Shown here piece by piece: positions 1 through 15,000 of a stretch of DNA of 64,000 bases. How positions within the stretch are numbered: the first letter of the stretch is position 1; every line of letters begins with the position of its first letter. The stretch is from Tubiluchus corallicola (Eukaryota; Animalia; Priapulida): NCBI GenBank assembly GCA_030141605.1, contig JAQGDQ010000009.1, positions 1,054,001 to 1,118,000 of the forward strand, written 5' to 3'. A program made the translations under genes and the position numbers. The notes under the pieces were generated by a model, which did not search any database, was not told the origin of the DNA, and saw only the letters and a list, made by a program, of their open reading frames with translations.

Positions 1-65
1 TATATTTCTAAAGTGACAATCCACATTAATTCTTAGAAAATTTATTGAAAAAATGTGTTTTTCAG

Positions 66-3000
66 TGCCAGATGCTCCAGATCAATTTAAAGCTTTTGTT
101 GGATCCAGAAGGATTACTTTAAGTTGGGATAAACCTCCTGAAGATAATGGACCCATTCTTGGCTACAGGATTAGATATTACAGAGCAAATGACAGTGAAG
201 ATTTTAGTGAATTACACGTCCCATCTACACAGGAACATGAGAGTAAAATGATTATGGGTTTAGAACCTTGTTCAGCATACAATTTCTCCATTGCCGCTAA
301 CACATCTGCTGGATATGGACCTGAAGCATATGCACTGTCAGACAAAACGGATCCTGAAAGTATGTAAAACACTTTTACACTAAATCTACTTTTTCTTAAG
401 GATACCCGAAAATTTTTGCACTTTTGTGCAGCAAATTGTGCTTAACTTAACACTGCAAAAGTTAAAAAGTAAAATGAAAACAGAAAACAATTAAAACTAA
501 AATGAAAACTTAAAAAAATGTATAAATTCAGTTTTTGAGCAACTAGGTGGCTTCATTGGTAAGAGTTATATACTTGAACTTAAGTAAGTTTTCTCTTTAT
601 GCTTTTATTTAACTTTCTGTTTATGCATAAAAATTCTTCAATTAGTTACTGTTTATCTGTATAGAAGTTGATTGACCTTTCCATAAATCTGCCTGCATGT
701 TCTCTTACATAATTAAAAGCATTTTTGCAGCACTACCTAAGGAGCAGAAGTGACTTAATCTAAGTTTATTAGTACATCTAGTATTTTATTTTAGTTACCA
801 AATATTGCTCAGTATCCTATTATTGTGTTCAATGCTGTTTTATTGACTTTTTTCAGTTAGATCGTACAAGTTTTACTATAACTTACTGTCGTTGGCTTAG
901 CAACTGTATTTGTAACAGGCATGAAAATCTGTGTGTATTTATATATATATGATATATATATATCATATTACAAGTAAATGTGTTTTTAATATATATATTT
1001 CTCCATTTAATTGATATTTTCAGGAAACATTATTAACTTTAAGTATATGCTGAAGTTCTATGCATTTTCTTAAATGTCTTTTCTGTTTCCTAATGTGTTA
1101 CTAAGTTGCGCGTGATTGAAAATATTTCATAAAAAGAGTACAGTGCTGGTATCTGTATTAGCATGAAGGTCTGTTCCAAAATTTTTGAATTTCCAAGTGT
1201 GGAATTTAGAAATTTGATTTCCACAATAGAAACAAAGAAATTACACCCAACAGTAATTATTTGTGGCCTATTACAATTGTTTTATAGTATTATATTTTGT
1301 GATTGCCGTGAGTTAGCGTAGTGCTCAGTAGATGGTGCAAAGATGCAACTTTCTAGCTTTGAGTGTGCTTGCGAATCTGCATCGTTTTGCTAGTGTCGTT
1401 CTTCATTCTGCTTTGAGGTTATGGACGAAGCAAATGCACTCGTGGCTGGTCAAAGTCGCTGACAACATTGATAAATTTTAACTGCATTTTAATGAAATTA
1501 TATTATTAATAAACGTTCTTTGTACTTCATTCTGCATTGAAAACGTCAAACGAGTCATCGGAATGCAGGTCATTTATAACATTAACGAATTTAGCAGTTA
1601 GTGGCCCATCAACTGTTCTAATTGAGAAAACAATGCAAAGCATTCATGTTTATCTGTTATTCTTTACAGCTCATGAAGCACCTGCTAATGTTACAATGTT
1701 TAGTTCTGATGCTTTCAATGTAACTGTAACTTGGGATCCACCGCCAGAGCCTAAATACTGTGAAGTGGTTGAGTACGAGATCAGTTATCAAACTCATCAG
1801 AATTATAGTTATGATGGTGACATCCCTGATTCTGGCACAGTATACACCACAGATCTTAGTTCAAGTAAGTGAACTTGCAAAAAACACCTGAAGTTTGATG
1901 TTGTGGTTGCTGTAAAATCTTTACTTGCTCTGCATACTGTATTGGTTAAATGAACAGAGCCGTCTTCATTTATTTATATCTTTTCTCCAAGATTATGATG
2001 ATATAAAACAACTTTAATAATTGTGTGTGTTTTTTTGTACATTCCTAGTATAGCTTTATTTAGTTTTGAAACAGTAACAATGATTCTAAACCACAATATA
2101 TAGTCATAATTACTTGGTTAGTTTTAAGTAAATATCCTTAAAATGTACTATCTATAAAAATATAATATAATAATTCATTTTAATTTTGCATATGAAAATC
2201 TTATTCTAGTCTGAAAAGTTGATTAAATGAACTTTGCTTAATTGTGAAAAACAACTTAATATTTGTGGGTTTATTTCATTCATAATGTTTTAACTTTTTA
2301 CCTGTGAGAGCGATTCTGCAGCTTTATATCGAAAAGTTCAAATAGTGTTAATTTCCACTTGGATTTATCTAATCTATTTGAAATTATAGCTGTTTTTACA
2401 TATTGGTACAACTATGTAAAAGCAAGTTAAGGAGTGATTGTTTGGTTATTGGTCTGATAAAACTTAGCTGATGTAGTTAAATTTGCCTGCTTTTAGTTGG
2501 GCTAATTAAAATTTCAGTTTTATGTAATAATTTTGGTATCAGTTAGTATCTTGGTTTGACATTGAAATAATGTTAACTTTTGATTTAAGTGTGTTGGATT
2601 TGACTTGGTTTATAGGTATTGAGGTTCCTGCTGAAAGCAAAGTTTATGTTACTATAAAGGCAAAAAATACTGAAGGTGAATCGGGAGAGTCCTCAGATGA
2701 AATATGTACTTGGACGAATGCATCTTGTAAGTTAACGATTTGTTGATTTTAAAGGGAAATTCTGCTCGTTTTCTGTACTTTAAAATGCAGTGTTTAAAAA
2801 CAGCCTGTAATATTAACTCAAATTTATAAGTACTTGACTTTTTATCACAATAATCTATTTAATTCTACCTCTTATAGTTATGAATTTTGTTGCTTTTGAG
2901 TGGGCAGTCATTTGAGGAACTAAATGAAAATAGGACACTGGACATCTAACTGTAGGGACTGTAAAATTCAACTCGTGGCAAAATGCGTCTCCTGTTAAAC

Positions 3001-6000
3001 AAGTGAAATGATGTGGAAGTTTGTCAAGCTATAGGTTATGTAGTGACTTGCCTTAATAAATTAATTAAAGAACCTAAATTTAACTTGTGCATAATAACAT
3101 TGGCTATTAGTACCTGATCAAATTAGATTTCTGCAATGCACAGCTACTTGTGACTTCTATTATCTTGTTATTATGGAGATGTAAAGAAGTTTGAACATGA
3201 GATGCCTGGGCTTTTTTTAAGATCCGTCACAGCAGAATCTTCTTGATTTAGCCCTGGCTTTTCCTTTTGTTTTTTTTAACACGCACATGTAGAGAGCTAT
3301 GGTCAGAAAACTCACAGAGCACATTCCCCTGGTAGTGTAAATTTTACGAGAGAAGTCACTCCTTGAAGGTCATGGAATGGGTGGGGCTTCCTTCTTTGTT
3401 ATTCTATTGATTTTGAAAAAGAGCCACAATTTTTGATTTTTGCCTGGATGGGTTAAGATATGATGGATTAAGCTAGTGCGAGGTCTTTAGCTTACATTAT
3501 ATTAGATATCCAATCTTCTTCACCTAACCAATTCTTCTCCCATTTTCAAAATCAATAGCTAACAAAAGATAAATGATACATAAAATCTTGGTATATTGAT
3601 AAGGATCCACTAGGAGCTAAAGTTTAAAAATAGTAGGTTGTGTGTTACAAATACCTAATGTTTAAATACCATCCAATTCTATGAAGATCATCAAACCTGA
3701 ATTTCACACAAGATAATTTTCAAATCGAATTCAGTATTTAAGTTATAGGGATTACATCATATACCACTACTTAATGCTATTACACATAATTTACCCAAGA
3801 AAAAACATGCCAGTCGTCAGTATGATGGAAGAGATGCTCATTTGGTGGTGCTTAACTTAAAATTAAAGAAATTAAATTAAAATTAAAGCTTACAAAAAGC
3901 CCTGCTTTATAACATTCATTAATTTAAATCAAGCCATTCTTTTCTGCATAATTTTTTGTTCAAAATCTTAGATCCGTCAGACCCAACTGATTTTACGGCA
4001 CATCTAATTGAACCTCATGGATTAACCTTAACATGGAATGAACCGGCGGAGCAAAATGGAGTCATTTACGGATATCGAGTTACGTACAGTCTATCAGATG
4101 GTACTTCCATTGCGGAGGACGCTGAAGCTGGTGATAGACAAATGATACTAGAAGACTTAGAACCATGTGTTGTATACAATCTGTCTATATCTGCAAAGAC
4201 TGCGGCTGGATATGGTGATGAAGCTGATGTACAAGCACCGAAAACAGAATCAGATTGTATGTTTAAATTTCTTTCATTTAATTTTATATCAATATTTTTT
4301 ACTAATCATTAATAGAGATCATTTACAGGCAATTTTACTGCATTTTTGTCCATTTAGGTATTTAACTATACCGTTCTGATATTTAGTCTGATGTTTGACT
4401 GTGTCTATTGGTATGTAATATTGACAGCTCACTATGTCTGATGAAACTAGTTTTTTGCAGCATTAAGCTTGTCACAAAGGAAATTTATTAAAGGCCATAT
4501 TATTACTACTTTAGTGCTTTAGGAAATGGCAATAATGCTATACTGAATTCATTCTGCAATGTTATGTTGTTATGTCTTTATGATTACACACTGGTACATG
4601 GCCTCCAGTTCTCAAAAAAGAGAGTCGGGAGAGTCAGCTCCAAAAATTAAAGGTCACGAAATGCTTTGCGATATTGCACAATTTACAATTATAATACACC
4701 TTTGATTTTTTTCTGCAAGAGCGGTATATAGTAAATGTTGTCTAAAAATGCCAAATGTTTAGGAACTGTTACCTTGTCATTGTCGTTGGTAGAGTCTAAA
4801 AGTAGATCACTCCTTAACAATTTTAGTTTCTTTGTGAAAAACATCTTTACATATGTGAACAAAATATTACTGTACAGGAATTTTTGAAGAAATTTGTTCA
4901 GTGTCGAGTTTCTGCTGCCGGATGCTATGTGAAATTTAGTGAATAAAATTATCAGAGCATTGTTAATTGACTTCATGAAATGTAAATATATGATAGTTAT
5001 TAAGCTTAGTCTGTTGGTGACATTTTCTAAATCAGGAAGATAATCTGAAGGTTTTAAGGTCACACTATAAACAAATTTTTAGTTTACCTGCAATAAAGCT
5101 ATTATTATAAAGTGATAACTTGTGTAGCAAAGACTCTTGAGTGAATTGTAACTTCAATACGACCATCTTCTTGAAACTGTAAAACATGGTGCAGTTAGTG
5201 AGTGAAACAGTAAATTAAACTGAAATAAAATGGTAAGTGGCCACTAGCTTAATAATATTAGTAAAATACGTACTATAGACTATATTTGTCACAGATTAGC
5301 AGTTACTGCAATGAAAAAAAATCATCAAATTTTGAAGTGACACTGATAACAACATTTTTATCGTTTTTCATTATTTTTATTTTAGCACCTTCAGTTCCCC
5401 TTGATATACAAATGAGCAGTGCAGATCCATTTTATGTCAACATTTCGTGGGAGAGACCATCTTATCCTGAAAACTGTGACATAACTGCATACTATATAGA
5501 GTATAAAACTACTCAAAATTACATATATAATGGTGACATTCCCGATAGCGGAAACTACAACTTTTCATCAACTTCATATGGTAAGTTTTTCTGATTAATT
5601 TTCATTTTTTGCAATCATTTTGAATGATGCTGAATGTATGCATGGCTATTTTGTAAGTACAGTATACCAAATAAGTATAAGTAAATTACTTTTGATATTG
5701 TAATAATTACAGTGTGTTTTATGGAAGCTAAAAAGAAAGAAATTAAGAATTACATGCAATTAAAAAGATTTGCACAGATTTATTTGCAGCCACCCAATTT
5801 ATGTACTTGATAATACTAAGCAAGTTTATTGTAATAATAAAACAAAGGTAATGAATGAATCAGACCTGTATGAAAATTGTACAGGGACCTACACCGGTTA
5901 GAAGGTTGGTAGGGAGCAGTATAAGGTTTCGAGGAGAACTGCAGAGGAGGCATAACTTGAAATGCATTTCCTGCATTCTGGACATTTCAGGAAGTTTTAA

Positions 6001-9000
6001 ATGAAGCACTAAATCAATATCTTTTGGATGTTTATTTTTTCTGGATATTTTAGTTTATCATAAGTAGTTATTTCAAACTATTCGTATAAGTATTTAATAA
6101 ACAATTATTAAAAATCGGGTTTCTCAGTTTTTGATGCCAATTATCAATTTGGTAGTTTGCGCTCAGTTAAACATAAAATACTTGCTATTCAGCAATAAAA
6201 TATTCTAGAACAGCGTAAAATGGTGGTAGTGCACAACACGTTTTTTAACTCTAGAGCATTGAAATATTCACAACAAAATATTTTACTCTAATGACCTAAT
6301 CTTAGCTTTGAGACTATTATCGCTAGATAGACTAGTAATTATTAATTTATGTAATTTAACATGGCTAGAAAGAAATTTAAATGTCAAAACATTAGAATTG
6401 CTTATATATGTTAAAGTCACGTTTCAAATCCAATCTCAGGTCACAGATCTTTCATGTTTTCTTTCTTTTCTTGCGCGTTTCCTTCTTTTTATTACAGGAG
6501 GTGCCACTTAATAGACTCACGGTTAATAGACTCAATCACTTAATTGACTAAAAAACGCCTGGAACGGGCCGCTTCTATTCAAATCTACATAAAAACTATC
6601 GGTAAATGACTCAAATAACTTTGCTTAATTGGCTCAATATTTTTCCTTTACGTACTTGAAATAAGACATTTATATGTGCTCAAACAGCCTCTCCTACTTT
6701 TATGTCGTCTTTACTTCCCTTTTGTGCATTATATATGTAGAAACAACCATGTTTAGTACCGTTTTGTTTGTAAACATGTACATTTATCATGTGCTAATAT
6801 GCTAGCTTAGCTGTTTTGCTTTGAATCTGTTACCCGCTCACCCACTGCAATTAACCTCGTGACCCAAAGAATTTCTGGAAGCTAAACATTTAATCACTTG
6901 CCTAGTGGTTTCATTTTGGTGCTGCTGACTTTGTAGGGATTTTGTAATTTTTGCAAATAAAAAGAAAAGTCTGTGATTTAGAAAAGTATACTTTTTATCT
7001 TATTACTAATTCACTTATATAAATTAATATTTTAAAATGTTTCTTCTAATTTTTAACTGCATAAACAAATTTAGGGATTAATTCATTTCTAAAATACATT
7101 AAAAGTCTTTGCAGTACATAGCAAGCTGATGGCTCATACTTCTGTGCCAGTAATACGACACCCATCGGTTAATAGGTTCAGTTGGTTAATTGGGTCAAAA
7201 CACGTCGGTTCTAAAGTGAGTTTATTAAGCGGCACCTACTGTATTTGCGTTTCAAAAATTTATGCTAATACCTCTCTTAAGTTCTTTCGTTACGCAATGC
7301 AAAATAAGTTAAGCACCAGCAGAATTAGGAGTGATTAAAAGTGTGTTCGCGATAAATAGTGTAAGAGTGATTGTAAATGTGAACACTCTGCAGATAGTAT
7401 GCAACTTTATGTATCTTTATTCCATCGAAAATTTGTAAAAATTTAGGTATTTTAATCTTCCAGATAGAAAATTACTGCTCAAAACAATGAAACTTCATTT
7501 CTTTAGTTTTTCCCAATACGCATTACTCCAATAATGAATTTGTCGCAAAAGTGAATTGCATTGAATGTGTAGAACCAGACTGTAGGCCTATATGCATGAG
7601 CCTGTTGAGACATTGGTTTATGTAGTAAATCACCCCAAACTTGTTAGAAAAAAACATATTGAGTGGGTAGTAACATTACTGAAGCAGTGGTAGTACAGCA
7701 GAGGTCGCTTAATAAATGCGGGGATAGTAAATTCATTTGCTTGTTCTGGCCACTGCAGCTGGAACAGAACCTTATAATGCTTTAACCTAGTAAAATCCAC
7801 CAATTTTTAATTCCAAACTTTGGTTTATAAATCCACTTGAAGACAACAAAATTGTGTATGACTACTATACACTATTGTCCCATGTCCCCTAGGTCAGAGC
7901 ATCTTTGTTCTAATTACATTTTACACCTTGCCATTTTTTCCACTTAATTATTTGTTTTTTTCTGTCTAATTTAGAAGCATTAGTCAAGCACGAGATCAGT
8001 GATTTGATTAGGTTAAACTAATATGCATATTCTTCGGAGAAACCATTGTGCACATGGGGTCAATGATTAAAACAACTGAATCAATGATGAATGCTGAATC
8101 AATGTTGATATTAAAGCTGCACGTATTACATTTTTTAGTTTTGCAAATGGCTTGTTACATAAAAAGGGTAATGGCACGATAGACAAACAATATACATACT
8201 TTACACGAGTTACACACGTCACAAATGCATTGCACATGAAAAATTTTCACCAACTATTCACCAAGTAAGTGAGAAAAGAGTTTTGGCTTCACAAAAATAG
8301 GAAACGCTGCTTAATAGGGCTCTTCAGTTGATTAAATCCAACCACTTGATAAATCCATTTAGATTTGCACCAAGGTGGATTTATTAAGCGAAGTATGCTA
8401 TAGTATAATGCACTCAACATAAATTTGCCAGCTAAATCCTTGAGTAGACAACTCAAAAAAATGTATTAGACTGGTTTGCTCATTACAGGATAATTAAGTG
8501 CATATCATTAATAATATGTCATTAAGCATGTTAATAAGCAAAAAGCCATAGTGGAATAAGTTAAACTGTAAGGGACTAAAAACTGGTTTCTAACAACTCT
8601 GGAAAACACTTTGTGATTGTACGATCAGAAAGCAGCACGTTAAAGATTAACAAACTTGCCGAATTTAGATACTAGGGGGCGTGATTGAGACGTGCATGTT
8701 AAACGATTTAATATCAAGGGTGCTAGAATTGTCTTGAAATGTCTTCTGCACCACATGTTAAATCAGCCTTGCATGTCTCTAACAAACTAATTTTTTCTAA
8801 TGTTTATAATTGTAAAAAGACGACTTGTACTTGAATATATTAGGTCTTTACAACACTAGTGTAGTTCAGTTGCTGACCAACTAGTCAACACATTTTTTTT
8901 ATTGCAGATGTGAATGTTCGTGCCGAAAGTCGTGTTTGTGTCACGTTGACAGCAAAGACTGAAGTTGACTGGGGCGAGACAACAGATGAAAAGTGCACTG

Positions 9001-12000
9001 AAACGGATGCATCTTGTACGTGTTTTATACATATAAAGAAAACATACTGCTTTTTTACTACAAATAACTAGTTTACTTTTATTTACTGCAAAATATTCCA
9101 CTTGTTACTAAAAAAAACAAAGAAGAACTTTAGAGCACTAAAATTAAAATCAGAAGGCTAAGATGGGTTGGACACTTAATCAGATTGTCAGAAATAGCAA
9201 CAGTAAGATTAGCATTAAATGAGGTAGTGAAACCTACTAAACGACCTCCAGGCAAAATCAAAATCAATTGGGATATCAAGAATTAATGTAGATTTACAAC
9301 AGCTGAGGCCAAACTTAACAATAGTGTCTGAAGAGTTGAAAATCTTAGCTGCAGACTAGAATCGTTGAGGTGTGCTAATAAGGGATGAATGTTTAATCTC
9401 TACAATACATGTTTAGAGCAACAGAAGCAGAAAAAACCCAAAAAACAATTTTTTTTCATTACCTTGCAGAATTTGTATTGTACAATAACATGTATTTATT
9501 GTAAGTTGCCTTCTTCAAAAATATTCTTTGCGGTAAAATTTACAGCTACCTGTCATGTTGTTAAATTTATATAACGAAGCTATGGTTTTTCCTTTTACAG
9601 ATTAATTTGTTGTTGTCATGTTAGTAACAAAATTTTTCCTTGTTCTTTCTTCTCACATGTTATTTTACTATTTTTTTTTTCATGTTTTGTTTGTCATCTA
9701 CAGAAGTGTAAAAGATCTGTTACAAGCCTTTGGTGATGCATACTTAACTGGTTTTTAAATTTTCTTTGTCCTAGTAAAATGTTTTTTGTTTGTAAACATT
9801 TGTACTCTTATTTCAGATTCATCAGAGCCAAATTTGCTAAATATCACTAGTATAAATACAAGAGATGTAGAGTTACATTGGGAAGTGCCTGTAGAAATGA
9901 ATGGGCAAATTGAAACTTACTTAATCACGTACACAGACCATGATGGTACAACTGTAGAGCTAGATTCTGAGAATGCAACAGAGTACACTGTATCTGATTT
10001 AGTCCCATGTCAGGATTACAAATTCACTGTACAGGCTAAAAATGCAGCTGGACTTGGAGCTGTTGCAGATGTCAATGGGACAACAATAGTGGAAGGTTAG
10101 TAAATATTTCATTTTTTAGTTAAAATATCAATTGTAAATCTTCATCTTCTAAGTAATACAGCATCCATTTATTGTGCAAACAATATTGATCCTAAAATGC
10201 ATTTTCTTGTCATTTGAAATGTGAGAATTAACATTTGCTTAACTGAAACAAGCATGAACACATGCGTACTTTTATATTTATGCAACTTAGAGTGAAATTT
10301 GAGTTAATAAATATGACGTACATACTGCTGTTTTAATATTTACAATCCCAGTCTGTTATTTTGAGAAAAGGCATAAGTAAGTGTATAATTTGGCATACTT
10401 TGCCTAAGATCATTGCAAACTTTGAATTTATACATATCATTTGTAATTCTTAATGTCTCTTTGTATCCTGTGTTGAATTAATTGACTAAATTAATTATTT
10501 ATCTTTGTTACAATAGTGACTCTTTAGTAAATTTGGGCAGCAAAAATACAAATCATGACTAAGATAATGCATTTTTTTGCTGTTTTTTTGAGTCTTATTG
10601 CGTTTCCTATCATACAACAGGATTTTTGTCAAATTTATTTACTTTTCTAATCTGCATTCTAATGACTTTGAACAAAATCAGGAAAAAATTGCTAACTAAA
10701 TTTGTTTTTTTGTGATACACTTGCAGTTTAATTAGTTAGTTTAGTTAACAATTGCCAAAAGTAAGTATCATGTTGGTATCTTTGCTTCTGTTAAACTACA
10801 TTGTTATTGTTACTTGTTTTCTCTGAGTGAGAGAATAGGATGATACATTATTTGTTACTTATTACACACTTTGTACTATTCGTTTTTTGTGATACACTTG
10901 CAGTTTAATTAGTTAGTTTAGTTAACAATTGCCAAAAGTAAGTATCATGTTGGTATCTTTGCTTCTGTTAAACTACATTGTTATTGTTACTTGTTTTCTC
11001 TGAGTGAGAGAATAGGATGATACATTATTTGTTACTTATTACACACTTTGTACTATTTGTGTATGTTATTACATACTACACACTTGTGCTTTTGTGAATG
11101 AATGTAGCATGTGTAACGCTACCCAGTTTTCTTTACTAGTTACTGAGTTTGATTTAGTTCTCTAGTTCTTTCAGTTAGTAAAGTCATAGCTTATAAATTA
11201 TGTAGCTCTCATATTCAAGATACGTATCAAGATAAGCTCTTGTATGTCACAGTACACACATGTAAGTAATTAAGTATGTTTAAGTAGCTGCATTCATTAT
11301 TATTATTTATTTTGCAACGATAAAGCTTTACAAATAGTATCTATTACTCTTTATAAGCAAATTATTATACTTTGAAAGTACTTGGTTGAATTTGTATATT
11401 TCTATGAAAAAGCTGTAATTTGTGAGAGCATTGAAGTCATACTGCATTTTCTGCTTCTAAGTGTGAATTCTCTTAAATTCACTAATTCAATTAATAACTG
11501 TTGTTTGCTTGTGTAGAAGCTGGGATCCCGTTGGATGTAAATCCACAGTTATCAGATGATGACAAGTACCACACAGTTATTGTTGATTGGAAGGAGCCCG
11601 CAAATGCAAAGTTTTGTCAAGTTCTGAATTATAGATTAGAAGTTACTCAAACTAGAGAAGGCATTTTATATGAAAGCCAAACCTTTTATAGCACTGAAAC
11701 TTCTCACAGACTGAACGGTAACTTTTTTAAAAAATGTTGTCAACTAATTATCTTGCACTTTTTACTGATTTAATTTACTGATTTAACTTTGTGTTTATAA
11801 TAATATAGTTAAATAAATAATTCTTTATACATATTATTTGTAAAGCTATTGGAACATTCATAATTATATTTAGAAATTGAACTTTTTATCATACTGTTTG
11901 CAGATGTAAAAAAATTAAATTGAAGCTTTGAAAGATTAAAAACAGGTAGTTAAGACGAAATAACCTTTGGTTTTAATGCCATACAAAGTACTATTTCTAA

Positions 12001-15000
12001 CTATAGTTAATAATTCGCATTTATAACATATGACATTTATAACGACCTTTCAACACATTTTCACATATGTATCGTAGGTTAACATAAATTTAAATGGAAT
12101 AGATGTCAAATTAGAGAAGGCAATGGCAAAAATTTCATTTAGCAAACAAGTAAGGTGCTTGTTTATTTAAGTATTCTGAGAAGTAACACCATTAATATGA
12201 TATGTACTGAATTAACATTTATTATAATTAATCCACAAAAAAATTGAAACGTAACAAATTGGGAACTAGAGAAACTTTGAATTATACGCCTTAAATTACT
12301 CATAGCGCTACTTTCTCCAAATCACTTAAACATTTAAAAACTGAAAATTTTTATTTTGCAAAATCTTTTATTAAAAACTTCAAGTGAAATAGTATTGCAG
12401 TGTGATTTCCTTTCATATACATTCACCATTGTAAGTCCATGTAATATAAGAATAAACTTCATATATATCTCAATTTATGAAGCTAGTGAAAGTCTTCCTT
12501 ATATCTCAAGATGGCATAGATAGTCAAAGATTTTTCACTTTTGTACGAAATGTTTAGTACACTGGAAAGCTAATGAGTCTGTTTATTTTTTATCTCATGT
12601 AGCTCTTTGACAAAGTGCTTATATAAATTTTATAGCTAAGCACCTCATAAGCCATGGATAATGTAAAATTACATGTAAAGCTAATCTAATGACAATTATC
12701 ACCATGTTGCTAGATAAATAATATTTTAAAGGAGGTGTCAGTATTTGAACTTGAATACTGCTATGCTATCTGGTTGCTAGAAGATTGTATTAGTAATAAT
12801 GAAATGCTCAATACAAAATGTAAAGAACTTCACATCTTTGCAATTGTTTATATTCCATGTTGCTTTCTTGCTGTAGTATTGAAAATCTTAGAGAGGATTG
12901 GCATGTCAGCAGCTGCCTAAGTTGTAGTTAAATACCTAGGTTCTAAATAAAGGATTTTTACTCAAAACTAAAATATAGAGCTACTTTAGAATAGACTCAT
13001 TATTAGTAATGTTGAAATTTTCGCAAAAACCGAGTATTATAAAATTCACTATACTATGTTTCCTACCATTTATTGTTGCATATTTTTATCAAAGCTTGAC
13101 TAAGTTTTTATGTCATGTTTTTAGTTTCAGCAGAAATGAATGTTTCAGTTAAAATTGCTGCTGAAAATGAAGCAGGGTTTGGTGAATTTTCAGATGAAAT
13201 GTCTATTACATCAGAAGCTGATGGTAGGTATATTATCAGTATTAAGGACTTGTATATAGTTTTACCACTGCGCTTTCTTGTATGTTAGTACTGGTACTTT
13301 GTTGCATTTTGAAAAGAAGTATATAATGTAATTGTTGTATGACGTGTATTAAATACATATTTCCAATCTTAATGTATTGCTCCTGTATTTTTTTGAGTTT
13401 TTAATTTTTATATATTCTTAACATTTAGCTCTTAGATGTATGAACTTTATTCGCTATTTTCACTTGTTTAGTGCCAGATGTTCCTAGAAATCTAGAACTG
13501 CATGAAATCTCATCGTCGTTTACAATGGTATATGAGAACACTGCTTGGCATACTGTTCAAGTCACCTGGGATGAGCCATTAAATAGTGATTGGTTAGGAT
13601 TGACACGAGGTTACAATCTGCAGTGGAAGTATAGTGGTCTTGAAGACTGGAATCCTGTATCTGAAGTCGTGGACACAACTTATAATATAAGTGAGTGTGT
13701 TGTACATAGTTATCTACCTGGAAGACAAATTTTATATTATTAACATTTTTCTGATAAGCCAGTAACAAATGAAATGTTTGGCTAATTAAATATGCTAATT
13801 GGGCAAAATCAGTTATTAAATGGGTAGGGACAATTTCATAAGTACATATGCAAATCTAAAAAACTGCTGAAAAATTCAGATTTGAATGTTGGATTCCAGC
13901 CATGAAGCTGTTAAACAATCAAGGAAAAACATTATTACTTGTACCTGGTGATGATGTTGTCCTCTGCTAAAATCACAATAACAAAATAGTATAGCCTGTA
14001 CAATAATAAACTCAATTTTTGAGATGTTTATGTATTACTAATAATTGCTATGGGAAAGAATTAAACTGGAATGGAAACCAATGAAAGCAAAAAAAAGAGA
14101 CTGTAATAAGTACGCAAAAAGGAAGGAAAGAAAGGAAAATACGGGCATACAAGAACAAATTAAAGATGACAGACAGACAGCATGTGGACCAGAGAAGGAA
14201 GGATAAGACAGAAAAAGATATTAATTTTGGCTCCTTAGACCCATTTACCTCTTAGAGAGAGAGCTGAGAGGGACCTCAATAATGAGCCTTTTTGAGACGA
14301 TGTTGGCATCTCACTGACGACATCTACTAAATCAACCTGTATCAGACTATCAAATTAAATGATAAATATTTTTAAGTAGGACTTCATCCCAATTTTATAC
14401 GATACTGCAAATTTGAGAACAAGTATTTTTCTAAAATCTGTTTCAAATGACTTTATGATCTTTAATACTTATTGTTGTCAGTTTGCAAATCTAAGTTAAT
14501 GCTTTACTCTGACAAGTGTGCTGGTCTAGTGAAATGTAGGTCAGCCCATCATTGTAGAAATTTGGGAATGGGTAGTCAGGTCTTGGGAAAAATATGGTTA
14601 TGCTTTCATTCACACTGTCTGCCACTTTTTTAACCTCCAAAAGTATGTGCCCAATTGAGGTGATATTTGGTGTTGCGATTAGTTAGGATGTCCTTGATTC
14701 AAAGTAAATTATTTGTAACATTTCGTTTATTAGTTAGATTTGTTTGATGAATTATTTTTAAACTGGTTCAATTCCAAAAATGTTTATCTATTTATCCAAT
14801 TGAGTTGAAATTTAGCATTATGATTACTTAGGATGTCCGTGGTTCTAAACAAAAAATTCTAACTCTTTGTTAGTTAATTACTCAGAACTGTTTAATTAAT
14901 TCATATAAATTTATATGAATGCGAATTAATATGCCAATTCCAATGAAGTTTAAATATGCTGCAGAGAACAGAAGATCCACTGTAATGTATAAGACTTAAG

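Noticed and set aside
4689-5063. 124-aa minus-strand ORF
   Set aside because: Intronic, AT-rich composition, no domain motif or splice support.
12735-12920. Small ORF conserved with 60782-60967 as a nested gene
   Set aside because: It is no more conserved than the surrounding duplicated intron, has a GTG start and no recognisable motif.
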